Shown: positions 38,655-52,319, numbered from the stretch's first letter. The stretch: 64,000 bases of DNA from Octopus vulgaris (GCA_951406725.2 OX597829.1:36890001-36954000); one strand, 5' to 3'. Numbers and translations are program-made. Notes: generated from the sequence alone by a model not told the origin.

Positions 38655-40140
38655 TATACAAGAAAGTAAAAATGTGAGAAAAAAACTGGCCATAAGAAGG
38701 TATCAGATGTGATTTTTAAAACTGTGTTGGTATGGGTATGTGATATGCACAGATGAGAGCAGTTGCATAAAGAAGTGTCAATCACTAAACATGGTTGGAA
38801 AACTGAGGAAGGTATGTAACAAAAGAGAGAAGAATGACTGGTGATTCATGCTTGAGAAAACTAGCCCAACCTGGCAAAAATGAGGTCCTAAAAACATGTT
38901 TTGTCTTGGCCCTGAACCCTGCATTCAAGCTGTACTCACAACCCATCTTTCTGATACACATCCCTCCATTACCCTTCTAACCACAGCACCTCAGCTGCTG
39001 CAAATATAAGGGAGCAGAGGTGCACGTATTTTGTCCCCTACATTTTTATGCTACCAGTTCCTTCCTCTCCTTAAAGCTGCTTAACATGCTTAGTATACAT
39101 TATTGATCATCATTTCATATCAGCCATTAACCCCACTGCACTTGCCCTTCACTTTCTTGTTTATTCCCTCCTACCTCTAATCCTTGCCCTTGTGAATGAA
39201 CAGCCCTCACTCTCCCCTGCACTTCCCACCATCTCCCTATTTCTTGTCTATACAGTTTTACTACAATGCTGCTTTTCATCCCCACTTTTGTACTACTACT
39301 TATCACCTCCTACCTGACTCCTATTTCCCTCACATTCTTCTGAACTGATATTCACTACTGAACCTTCCCCCTCCTCTGTTTGCCATTCACTGCATTACCT
39401 ATATCCCTACATTCCCTACTTTTAACTATCTGTTGCTCACCTCACACTCTTGCAAATTTACCTGATTCTCTATCTTTATTCCTCTCACATTCACTCTCTT
39501 GTACCTTGAGGGTATGTCTTTACACCTCATAGTCACAATCTTCCTCTCTCCATTTTCAATTGGAGTGGCCATGTATCTCATCAACAGCAAGACATCAATT
39601 CCAGTCTCTCTATCATTCTTATGTCTCAACACTTGGCAAAAGCCATCTCCCTCAATACTACACTCCTCTCAGTCAAGGTAGTCTTAACTTGTGAGCTGCT
39701 TGGCAATCTCACAAGAACAAGTGATATGAAAAAGCATCCACTGACTTTGTAAAGTAGTTGACATTAGGAAGAGTATCCAACTATAAAACCTATGCCAAAG
39801 TGGACACTGGAGCTCAACGTAGTCCTTTGACCTGTTGAATCCTGTCAAACTCTGCCCCAACTCCAGCCAGCATAGAGTACGGATGCTAAGTGATGATGAT
39901 GTGGATTTGAGGTAGGTGGACGCCCACTCCCCACCCCACCCCACCCTAGAATTTGAACCCATTCACATAAAATCTTGTGGACAAACAAGACAGTAAAGTC
40001 TTTAATATCTTGATTTTCATTTTTCTACTCATGCTTATTGCTCTGGAACACTTGCACCTTACAAAATCTATCTGCTCTGATAGCCTGCCAGTTATCCCAC
40101 TACAACATATGCATGTTGATAAATATATATATATATATAT

Positions 40141-40505
40141 CATCATCATCATCATCATCATCATCATTTAACGTCCGCTTTCCATGCTAGCATGGGTTGG
40201 ACAATTTTGACTGAGGGCTGGCGAGCCAAATGGCTGCACCAGGCTCCATTCTTGATCTGGCAGAGTTTCTACAGCTGGATGCCCTTCCTAACGCCAACCA
40301 CTCTGAGAGTGTAGTGGGTGCTTTTTACATGCCACTGGCATGGGGGCCAGTTAGGTGGCACTGGCAACGACCTTGCTCGAATCTTTTTACACATGCCACC
40401 GGCACAGGTGCCAGTGAAGTGACGTTGGTAACGATCACACTCGAATGGTGCCCTTTTACGTGCCACGGGTACGGAAGCCAGTTGGCTGCTCTGGCAATGA
40501 TCACA
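40141..40505 (-). mobile_element. SINE-like family B
   Basis: Closely matches 17580-17940; (CAT)n tail. Confidence 0.85.
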
Positions 40506-42676
40506 CACATATATATATATACAAATATCATATATGAATATCATTCAACTATGGTAGTAGTTGAAAAATATTCTTAAGGCCGCAATTTACATCAAAATTT
40601 GTAGCAATGTTATAGGAGAGTAAGTAATGCTTCCAATCAAGCTTAGCTCTAAATAACTTTTTTTATTTTAAAAGCAAAGTATGTTTATCTTAGTTTAAAT
40701 GATAGAAGAAAACATGAGGAATTTCAAAGTTTTGGTCCCATGCAACAAAAATTTGTATAAAAAAAGTTGTGAGGTAAAATATTATGAAAAAAATATAAGG
40801 TTAAAAAATTGAATTTAAGTATTATTAACTTTTTTATTTTAAAAACAAACTATATTTTAATTAAGCTTAAATGATAGAGCTCAACCTGAGGAAGTTCATG
40901 GTATCAATCTCATGTGATGAAGTTTTAAAAGAAAAATGTTATGAGTGTTTGTTTTTCAAATTTGAGGGTGATATATACTTTTTTATGAAGATGGTTCTAT
41001 ACTTTTTACAAAAAAAAATTAATTTTTAAAGAAAAAAGTAAAAATCACTAGTACAAGTTTTATAATTAAGATATTCATTTATGATGAGTAACAAATAAGG
41101 TTTTACTTATCATTTATCAATTTATTATCAAAATATTGACAATTCCTAATGAAAATGGGCCAAATTTTTTAAATTTTAAATAAAAACAATAACAGTTTTG
41201 TTTTGGTTATTTTTACCAGTATCTTCTTTTTATTATCATTTTTTATTCTTCTTATCACTGTGTTTTTTGAAATATAAAATTAATTTTTTTTTTGTTTTCC
41301 AAATTTTTGAAATGTAAAATTTAGAATACAGGAAATGCAAGGCAAAGAGGTGGAAATGATGGACAGTGGACAAGAGGATGACTGAAGAAAGGACAATGAG
41401 GATGTTTGAAGCAGGATTCAAGAAAAGAAGGCAGAGAGTCAGAAATGGTGGATAGGGTGGGAGGAAAGTGGATAACTGAGAAATTACAATGAGGAAGTTT
41501 GGAGCAGAATTCAAAAAAAAAAAGCAAAGCAAGGGGTCAGAAACATATGTGGATTTGAGGTTGGTGGACGCCCCCTCCCCACCCCCTAGAATTTGAAACC
41601 ATTCACCAGCAACTTTTTAAGAGGTAGCCTTCACCTCTTAATTTGCAGGTGGGTGGTGGGTCATTCCCCACTGCCCAGCAATTTTGGGGTTTACCTCTTC
41701 TTTTTCAATTTAGCACTAAAAATTTATTAATTTTGCTTTAATTTAGAAGCAAATCACAAAATAACAATGAATAACTCTTATAATTTCACTGTATTCTGAG
41801 AAATTTCTACATATATAACATTTTTACATAATGCATATACAGTAGAATTTGCCTAATTAGTCTTTGTCTAACACTCATTTCATTCCTCTACAAGCAAATT
41901 TCTTCTAAAAATGTTCATTTAATTAGTCACCCAAATAAAGTCAGTCATACACAAACTAAGTTCATGTTACACAAAGAAAGACAAGTGTCATATGGTATTT
42001 ACAGTTGGAAATGGTTACCAGTGGGGCAAGAGGATGACTTAAAGTCAGGACAAAATTTCATAAACATTAATTTACATTAAAAATATTATTAACTGACTTT
42101 TAAACTATATTCAATTAAAGAAAGTTTGCAAATTATTTTTTTTACTCTCAAATCACATTAATATTTTTCCTTTGTCAAAAGTGAAACAATAACATCTCTA
42201 TTGTAATGTGAGATAATAGCTTCAGTTTTAATGCAAATTCACCAGCCATTATTTTTTGTTTGTTTTTGTTAATTTTTTGGCATCATCTAACAAACTAACA
42301 ATCACTTGTAGTTTATTTATATATGTTGGCAATCTTACACTGCTTGAAGTTCAACATTAAGTTGTTAATACACACCAGATTTCTAGTATAAATATATTTC
42401 TATTAATTTGTTTAATAAATCTATTTCTATTAATTTATTCTAATTAAAATGGTGGTGGGTGCCCTGTCATGAGAGCATGGTTCCATGTGCCACAGGGTGG
42501 ATTCATTCAATCATTTTCTAATTTTATTTCCAATTTTTAATTTTATAACAAGTCAATGTAAATGAAGTGCTCTTCAAATACTGATCTTATTTTTATTTTT
42601 TTAGATTAAAACTTTTATTTTAATTCAATAATAATAATAATTCAATCACAAAAATGAAAAAATATAAATATTTTTT

Positions 42677-42922
42677 TAAAGAATAAAAAGTTTTGAATGG
42701 TTCAACAATGCACTATAATACAAACAATGGGCTATATACCTGTTGTAATTTAGTCATCCATAGTCTTATAATATTTTGGAATAAAATTCCTTCTTCAGAT
42801 AGTCTTAGATGGAGTTGCTCCGAAATATTATCATACTATGGATGACTAAATTGCAACAGGTATATATCCCATTGTTTGCATTATAGTGCATTGTTGTACC
42901 ATTCAAAACTTTTTATTCTTTA
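42677..42922. repeat. Long inverted repeat (~105-bp arms) with decayed hammerhead motifs at the inner ends
   Basis: TAAAGAATAAAAAGTTTTGAATGG... mirrored by ...CCATTCAAAACTTTTTATTCTTTA. Confidence 0.85.
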
Positions 42923-43589
42923 CAAACAATACACAATGCTTCAAGCGAACTACAATACTCTCATATTTTTTTAAAATTTATTATTCAATTTTCAATAAGG
43001 TAAAATCATAAATTATTAATTTACACACTATTAATTAGCATAACAGCATAGCCTGGAAAAAACATGGATTACATGGGAAAATATGAGCAAGAGAAATAAT
43101 ATTCTTAAGATTATAAACCTGGAAAAGTACAGGACAAGTTATTACATCTGGTAAAGTACAGAACAAGAAAATTTTTGGTTAAAATATTGCAGCTAAGAAT
43201 AAAATTTCAATATTAAAAATTATTTTATTCTAATTTACAAAGTAACAGTATAATTTAAAAAGGTACCATCATTTTGCTAAAATATTGATACACTAGAATA
43301 CTTTAAAAATGAGAGCCAGAAGTACCATATAGCTAAAGCTTTATGCAAAGTAGAATAGTATATATGGTAGGCAAATTCATTATATAAAAAAATAAGCATT
43401 GGGTCAAAACTAAAAATGTGAAGACTTGGCTATAACTTAAGCAGTAACTCAAGTAAATTTTACTGTGAATTTGTTGTTAAAGGTAGATTTTATTGTAATA
43501 TATAACTAATTTTTGTATTATTCTATTTATTGTACTAACTAACTGCTTACTACTATTATTTTTTATAACCTATTTTCAAATTTCTAATT

Positions 43590-44017
43590 ACTATATATAT
43601 ATATAAAACTGAGAATGTATGTCTGTCTGCATCACTAACACTCAAGAACTACCCAACAGATTTCATTCAAATGTTACATATACACTACTTAGGGTTCATG
43701 GAATGTCACAGGCCAAAAACATTTTCAACTTCTTGTGTAATGCAAGCCCAAAGCAATCTACATGTCAAAAGTGAAACAATAACATCTCTATTGTAATGTG
43801 AGGTAATAGCTTCAGTTTTAATACTTGCACTATATATATAAAATATACATTACATAGTGAAACTATTAAAAATGAAACTATTATCTCTCTCACATTATAT
43901 ATATTATATATATATACATGCATACATATATATATTATATATGTATTATATATCTGTATATATATATATATACATATGCATGTACAAATGTGTATATATA
44001 TCCGCACATATATATGC

Positions 44018-44067
<50 letters not shown>

Positions 44068-44222
44068 ATGTATATATATACACATATATATATATACATG
44101 TATATATATATATATAGATTTATATGTATATATATATATATGTGTGTGTGTATGTATATATATGTGTGTGTGTACATATATATGTATATATATATATATA
44201 TATGTGGACATATATATATGTA

Positions 44223-44258
<36 letters not shown>

Positions 44259-44288
44259 TGTATGTGTATAGATGTATATGTATAAATG

Positions 44289-44322
<34 letters not shown>

Positions 44323-44347
44323 TTTATATGCATGCATATATATGTGT

Positions 44348-44378
<31 letters not shown>

Positions 44379-44440
44379 CATATATATGTATATAAATATG
44401 TGTACATATATATGTTTAGCGAGCTTTTAGCCCACTAATT
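43590..44440 (+). mobile_element. Non-autonomous Helitron-like element containing a ~500-bp (TA)/(TG) microsatellite
   Basis: 5' CTATATATATATATAAAA..GTCTGTCTG; degenerate 3' hairpin and CTAA; internal fragment repeated at about 42174-42232. Confidence 0.5.
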
Positions 44441-44889
44441 TAATATAATGTCCGGTCATCCTTCAATAGCTGTAGGAATTAATCCAGTGAGGAAAAACAA
44501 CAATTCTTATGAGTTTTCAAAGACTTCATGGACATGGTGTATTTATTCCAATCCGGGATGAGAGCATTTATACACAGCTTGTATATTAACATTTAATAGA
44601 ACAGAATGGAAGTTGAATAAGAAAAGGATTTTCATCTTGTCATCTTCCATAACTGGTATAGAGGATTTAACAAAATTCAAATCAATGTGGGGCAGTCCAG
44701 TCGCAGAAATAGAGATGGAGACAATGTAGTTGGCAGCCAGTCGTGTGGAAGAGAAAAAGAGGCTGTTACTTGGTTGTGTGCGTCTTTTTATCCCTATCTA
44801 ACGAGCGCCACCTAGTTGTTAACAATGTGACAGGGGAGATAGCTCTGATTGACTCATTAAAACATGGATTCAAATAAGGTTGCTTACAT

Positions 44890-45027
<138 letters not shown>

Positions 45028-45359
45028 GTTTCTTTATTAGCCACACAGGGCTGCACACAGATGGGACAAATTACTAGGTAGAGCTTTTCTTTGTGGGGAT
45101 AAAAAAAAGGGGTTTTGGTTTTCGATCAAAAGGTATCGTAAAAGGAAAGAAAGAGGATAGCCAAAAAAAAGGAGGGGGGATAAAAAAAAATCGATCAGTA
45201 GGGATCGTTATCATAGAAATGTCAATATAAAGTGTAAAGGGGAGGACAGGTGAGGTTTACCCATGGAAAGGAAAGCCTACAGTAACCTCAGTCAATGAAG
45301 TCACATGTTAAATAGATAGATAGATAGATAGATTGATAGAGAGAGAGAGAGAGAGAGTG

Positions 45360-46335
45360 ATGGAATAGGGGATGTGGGCATGCCTCTTGCAGAGAAATGG
45401 GTGGATAAAGTCATAGAGGTACTGAAGGATGTGTGATAGAGTACTTAAACTCAGGCTAGTCTTGCAGAATGGTACAGCTACAATTATCTCTGCCACAAGC
45501 AGGCTTACCAAATGAACAGAAGGATCACTTTTATGATATTCTTCTGCAGGCTACCTCAAAGACGAGTAACAATGACCTCATCTTTAATGGCCATGTAGGA
45601 CATCAAACTGGTATCTTTCTTTTATTTAGATGGGGGCCATGGAGTTGGTACCAGAAATGAAGAAGGAACTAGGCTCCTGGAGCTATGCGATGCAAATGAT
45701 CTATTGATCTGCAACACCAACTTCAGGAATCTATCCAGCCACCTGATTACCTATCAATCAGGTGACAGATTGATTTCATTCTTGCCAGACTGCAGGATAC
45801 ATGGTTGGTCTTAAATACAAAGACCCTCCTTGGTGAAGAATGTACACCCACCTGCATAGACTATTTATCAGTGACTTTAGACTCGAGGCCAGAAGGATGC
45901 CAATCTGGAAAAGAAGGACTTAGAAGCTTAAGAAACCTATTCATGGTCAGTGATTTAGGGATATCCTTACCGAGAAATTTGATGAAAGGGAGGAGGAGTT
46001 ACAGTCCTGTGACATAGATGACAGCTGGAAATTCCTGTGAGACAGCTTGTTGAGTGCCACAGACCAAATCTGTGGCTAGTGCAAAGTCCCTTCCAGACCT
46101 AAGGTAACATGGTAGTGGAACAATACTATAAACAGAGCCATTAGAGCAAAGAAACAGGCCTGGAAGAGTGGGAGTAGCAGGGGACTGTATCAGTTAGCCA
46201 GAAAGGAAGCTAGGAGATAGGTATATATAGCCAAGGGAGAAGCGGAAAATAAGAAGTTTTCCAATGTTCAGTGACATGAGGACCAAAGAATTGAAATATT
46301 TCAGATTGCAAGACAGGATTTGAGAGAAAACCATT
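45360..46335 (+). mobile_element. RTE LINE endonuclease-region fragment
   Basis: Closely similar to 62005-62710; frameshifts and stops. Confidence 0.88.
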
Positions 46336-47043
46336 TTCTCTATTTTTTTACCTTAGGTTTTTAACATGATAAATGTATTATAGATGCCTGGTCCTACTTT
46401 TTAAGTTTCAAATTTAGTTAACGGAGTTTCTTCTATAAGAACAGTCATGATTTTATTTCTTTAAGAAATATTGTTTAATTCTATTTGATTATTTATTTAA
46501 CTATTATTGTAATTATTGTTGACCTGAGGAGTGACTATACTTTTAAATTGAATTGTTTTTCGATTAAATTAAAATTTAATTGTAATTCAAATTGAAGTTT
46601 TAGCCACAAATCGTACAAAGTCTTTTTACTTATTATATATTATTTATTAATTTTTTTGTATTTTTTATGATCTAGTTATATGTTTTATAATATATTTTAT
46701 TTTTTCTTTATGATTTGGTTTATGCCTATCATTGTTTGAATTAAATAATTGTTGTTTTTCTCTAATTTATGTATATTATATTTATATTGTGAAATTTGAT
46801 TTAATACTAAATTGAATTTTTCCTTGTAAGTTTAGAGTTATACTCCCTAATATTATATATGTATGCATACACACACACACACACACACACATATAATATA
46901 TAGTGTACATATAAACACATAAGGAATCCACTCATGGGATTCAACACGCTAGAAAGAACAGCTAGGTTCTATAACCACATAAATTCGGGGATAAAATTCA
47001 ACAGGAATGAAACGAAAAATAAAAACATTTTACCATCAAGTTT

Positions 47044-47120
47044 CCTGGACCAATTGGTTTCTGATTTTAGTTTAGCAAGCAAATAACATTTACTCACGAG
47101 GTGAAATCTTCATCAACAGG
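47044..47120 (-). ncRNA. Type I hammerhead ribozyme motif, U3 variant (left arm)
   Basis: Exact reverse complement of 47242-47318. Confidence 0.7.
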
Positions 47121-47241
47121 TACACCTTGGGTTAAATATTTATTGCCGGTGAAGGGCTGCGTCTGCAGTAGATTTTGAAAAAAATTAGGATATATATAGT
47201 TTGATCATCTCGTGTTTTTTATATATTCAACCCAAGGTGTA

Positions 47242-47318
47242 CCTGTTGATGAAGATTTCACCTCGTGAGTAAATGTTATTTGCTTGCTAAACTAAAATCA
47301 GAAACCAATTGGTCCAGG
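47242..47318 (+). ncRNA. Type I hammerhead ribozyme motif, U3 variant (right arm)
   Basis: CCTG TTGATGA A GATTT-loop-AAATC A GAAA CCAATTGG TC CAGG; predicted cleavage after GUC at 47314. Confidence 0.7.
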
Positions 47319-47547
47319 AAACTAGATGGTAAAATGTTTTTATTTTTCATTTCATTCCTGTCAAATTTTATCCCTAATTTTTGTGGAACCTAGCTGTTCT
47401 TTCTAGCGTATTGAATCCCACGAGTGGATTCCTTATGTGTTTAAATGTACACTATATATGATGACTAATACATAGTCTTTTTAGACTATATTTTTACATG
47501 TTAGGCCACTGTAAGTGAAAATTTCAATTAATTTTCCATTTCCCTTT

Positions 47548-47607
47548 GATATATATATACATGTATATATATATGTATATATATATATACATACATATAT
47601 ATTCACG

Positions 47608-47665
<58 letters not shown>

Positions 47666-47666
47666 C

Positions 47667-47717
<51 letters not shown>

Positions 47718-47791
47718 TATATATATAAATACATATATATATGTATATATATACATATATATATATACATATACATACATACATACATACA

Positions 47792-47831
<40 letters not shown>

Positions 47832-47945
47832 TACATATATATATACATAATACATGTATATATATACACACACACACACATATATATATATTCATATATG
47901 CTTATATATATGTATTTATATATATATATATATATACACATACAT
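47548..47945. repeat. (TA)n-rich microsatellite
   Basis: Direct reading. Confidence 0.95.
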
Positions 47946-48046
47946 AAATGTAGTTAATCCAAACATGAACAAAGAGAAAACACTACAAGAGGACATGTAA
48001 CAAGTATAGTGTTATTGGACGCTCAGGAAAGGAAAGAAAGAAGGAG

Positions 48047-48083
48047 GATTTAATGTTTCGAGCGGAGCTCTTCGTCAGAAACA
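48047..48083 (-). ncRNA. Minimal hammerhead motif in a probable solo PLE pLTR
   Basis: Minus strand: GTTT CTGACGA A GAGC-TCC-GCTC GAAA CA TT AAAT. Confidence 0.62.
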
Positions 48084-48619
48084 CAGAAAAAGGAAAGGCC
48101 TTAGGAAGGGAAAACAGAGAAAGAAAATCATCAACGATACACATGCGTTTCAGTGAGAGAAGTAGTGTTGGTGATAAAGGGGCAGGTGTTGCAGTGGGAT
48201 CTGGAGCACTGGAAGGATCGTGTGGGGCTGGGGGGAGGAGAAGGTGCTACAGACCAGAAGATCGCATAGGTTCTGGGCACGTATATATATAAGTATATAT
48301 ACATATATCTATCTGTCTCCATTGTCATGGAACCTCACCCAAGAAAACAAGAACATTGCTGTCCTCTTCTGAACAAAACCCCCCAAAAACATTTGTTTAT
48401 CATAAATGAACAAGCTGTTTGTACATTCATAAAATTCTATTTTACAAATTCGAGAAACGAATGATTCTGCTAATAATAATGAAGAAATAAAAAGATTTTT
48501 TCCAAAATTCTGACAACCATTTTTCTCAATATATATAGATGCATATATATACATGTATGTTCTTGTTTTTTTGGGTGAGGTTCCATAACAATGGAGACAG
48601 ATAGATAGAAATGTATATA

Positions 48620-48668
<49 letters not shown>

Positions 48669-49559
48669 ATATACCTATATATACATATATATACATATAT
48701 ATATACATATATATACATATATATACATACATATATATATATATACACATGAGTAAAACACCCTCCCACCGCCGTCCAATGGACGGTGTTGAGTTGTCAA
48801 ATATTTAAGCCAAATTTTCTCAAAACAACTTGTCCAAATGTCTCATAGGCCTCTCCTTTGAGAAACACTGATTTAACCTAAATTTGAGGCACCAGCAAAA
48901 GAAAAAATAAAGGTAGAATTTTTTCTATTCCAAAGAAAAACGATTTTATTCACACAAATATGCAACCAAAGAGTTTAAAGTACGAGTAATGATAAGGCTG
49001 TTGACTGGGAGAACACAAACATGGTTTAAACAGTAAGCTTGGCAAAAACAACAAAAATGGAAGGTGCAGTTATGTACAGGTTGATGGAAGAAAAGCAGGA
49101 CAAAAACGGCCTTATCGATCGCATTCTCACCTGGAATCGATTTTTGTAATTATTTCAAGACTTATACATGCCCTGATACCGTTGGTATCTACATATCAAA
49201 TTTGAGCGCAATTGGATGGAGGATGCCCAAGATCCGAGAAGACACAGACAGACAGAACCGATTTTATAGAAAAAAATAATAATTTAGGTAACACAAACAT
49301 GTCTAACAATGTCACAAGATATAATAACAATAAAAAAAAAAAATAATAATTGAAATGACAATAATAAAGGAAATACCACAACGAGTAATAATAACATAGA
49401 CAATAATAATAGAATTAATAATGATAACACTATAGGTTATAATAATAACAATAAAAATATCAGGAAAAAGAATAATAATATCAATAATGATCTGCCGGAA
49501 GATAAGGGAATAGTAAGTAATAATAATAATAATAATAATAATAATGCAGTAACAATTAA

Positions 49560-50016
49560 TCACAATAAAGTAAACTATGTACAACAAATTAATAAGTGTA
49601 ATTGTAGGATAAGAGAAAACTGTGTATTTAATAATGACTGCATTAGGAAGGAGGTAGTATATCAATGTACAGTAAGTACACAATATGACAGGAAAGTCTA
49701 TATCAGAGCTACGAAGAATAATTTGAAACAAAGACTTAATTATCACAGATATACTTTTAAAAATAGAAATAGGAGCAATTCTACACGGTTATGTACATAT
49801 ATATGGGAACTTAAGGATAAAAAAATAAATTATAATTTACAATGGAAAATACTTATATCTGCACCTGCGTATAATAATAAAAATAGAAAATGTTCATTAT
49901 GCATTAACAAAATTTTCTTTCTAATTAGGGCTAATCTACTGATCATTAACAATTTTAAGGAATGCAATGTATCATGTCTTCATAAAATTGGGTATACTTT
50001 CTCCAGATATAAATAG
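49560..50016 (+). mobile_element. Penelope-like element GIY-YIG endonuclease fragment
   Basis: KQRLNYHRYTF..STRLCTYIWELKD..YNLQWKIL..AYNNKNRKCSLC, typical of the PLE endonuclease C-terminus. Confidence 0.85.
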
Positions 50017-50775
50017 TATTATTATAAACCACCCTTTAAACTAAATACAACTAGTTATAATGAGCATTTTTACTTTAATATATATAAGAGTAGTAAAATT
50101 GTAATGGATTTTGTATATATATATATGTATATGTGTGTAATGTGTGTATATGTATGTGTATGTGTTTGTATATATAGGTGTAGATATGTGTGTACATATG
50201 TGTATATTCTATATGTGCTTGTATGTGTTTGTGTGTATATCCATTGGTATACATTTACATTTGTTGTTAAGTAGGAAGTTTTGTAATAAGCATGTGTGCA
50301 TGTACATACCCACATGAATATACTAGGTTCTGGATTCATATATATATATATGTATGTATGTGTATATATATATGTATATATATATATGTATATGTATGTA
50401 TAAGCTTTCCATTATTGTTTTATGTTATTAATTATGTATATTAGATCTAGGTAGGTTAACATGTATATTTGTGTATGTGTTGGTATGTATATGTATGTAT
50501 GTATATATATATGTATATGTATGTGTGTGTGTATGTGTACATATGTATATAAATATATATATATATACATGTAGTCTAGCTTATACTTATGCAGATATAT
50601 GTGTTTTTATATATTTAAATTAGGATATATAATTACCTGTGTGGTTATCTGTACATACAAATATGTATAGTTGTATTTTTATATGTGTGTGGATATATTT
50701 ACTTTTGCATATGTATGTGTATGTATGTATGTATACATATGGATATATGTATATGTATGTGTGTGTGGGTATGTG

Positions 50776-50820
<45 letters not shown>

Positions 50821-51230
50821 CTGTGTGTGTATGGCTAGAGTAGTATGTAAATATGTGTTTGCATATGTAAATGTATGTATATGAGGGCTCTTTGAGGATA
50901 TATATATGTATATATATTTATACTAATATGTGGTAGAATATATTATATGTGTACGTACTTGTTTATGCATGTGAATGTATGGGTATATTGATATTGATAT
51001 TACATGAACTTGTATGTATTAAGAAGAACTATTTACTAAAAGCCATAGTTTAACTGTATGTTTTTTTTTATATATTTATATACATATATATATATAAATA
51101 TATATATTTGTTTGTATGGATTGTGGATTGTTTATTTTGTATCATAATATTTGATATATTAGAATCTATTATAATATGTATTGTCAAGTGAAGATTACTA
51201 TAAATATAACAATACTGTTATTATTGATAA

Positions 51231-51261
<31 letters not shown>

Positions 51262-51469
51262 TGATTATTGTTTATGTGGTCATGAGCATAGACATGTTTA
51301 TATGTTCCAGTATATGTATATATATGTAGATGACGAATGGTCTATTTACTTGGACCCATTGTTTAATTGTGTTTATTTATGTATTTTTACACATGTAAAA
51401 GTATATACACTCTGCTTATGTATATGTGTATATATGTATATTAAATATTTTTGGAGTTCTTTATAATCT

Positions 51470-51600
51470 CTGACGAGGCCTATGGTTATATATATAAGCA
51501 CCTTATTTTTAAATGCCTATAACCTCAATATAATTGACAACTATAGGCAAAAAAATTTTAAAAACTACTTTTAACCATAGGCTGAAACAGTTGTATGGAG
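51470..51600 (+). ncRNA. Hammerhead-like motif with long stem II, degenerate stem I
   Basis: CTGACGA GGCCTATGGTTA...TAACCATAGGCT GAAA CAGTTG TA. Confidence 0.5.
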
Positions 51601-51814
51601 TGATTTTAATGATTTCAATAATTTATATTATGATTTTTATAATTTGTATTCTTATCTTATATATATTGAATTATAAGGTATATACGTATGCTATTAAGGT
51701 TCTCATTTTGTTAAATGAATAAATACTTCAACATTCTAATATCCGAAAGTTGATGAACAAACTAAATTGTTTCTCCATTTTCTTATTTGTATTATATATA
51801 CATACATACATATA

Positions 51815-51855
<41 letters not shown>

Positions 51856-51944
51856 TGCACATATATATATATGTATATATACATGTATATATATATATGT
51901 ATATATACATGTATATATATATATGTGTATATATATACATGCAC

Positions 51945-51993
<49 letters not shown>

Positions 51994-52082
51994 AATGTAT
52001 GTATGTACATATATTTATATATATGTAAATATGTGTATAAAAGTTTAGTAGAGTTAGCAATTGGAATAACCGTGTAAGGGAT

Positions 52083-52319
52083 ATTTGATTCCTGATAAAC
52101 TCTTGTTTATATTTGTTCAATGCCTGTATTGTATGAGCATAATATGCTTGCATATGTATGCCCAGGATTAACATAGGTAATTAGTACTGGTAGTAAAAAC
52201 CGTTTTTACTACCGGTATAAATTACCTATGTTAATCCTGTGCATACATATGCAAGCATATTATGCTCATACAATACAGGTAATGAACAAATATAAACAAG
52301 AGTTTATCAGGAATCAAAT
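52083..52319. repeat. Near-perfect DNA hairpin, ~118-bp arms, 1-nt loop
   Basis: Centre AAAAAC-C-GTTTTT at 52201; arms match with few mismatches. Confidence 0.92.

Larger units (their letters stand above)
46896..47459. repeat. Long palindrome (~240-bp arms, ~85-bp spacer), probably inverted PLE pLTRs
   Basis: Arms are near-perfect reverse complements, flanked by microsatellites; each arm carries an identical hammerhead motif. Confidence 0.92.
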
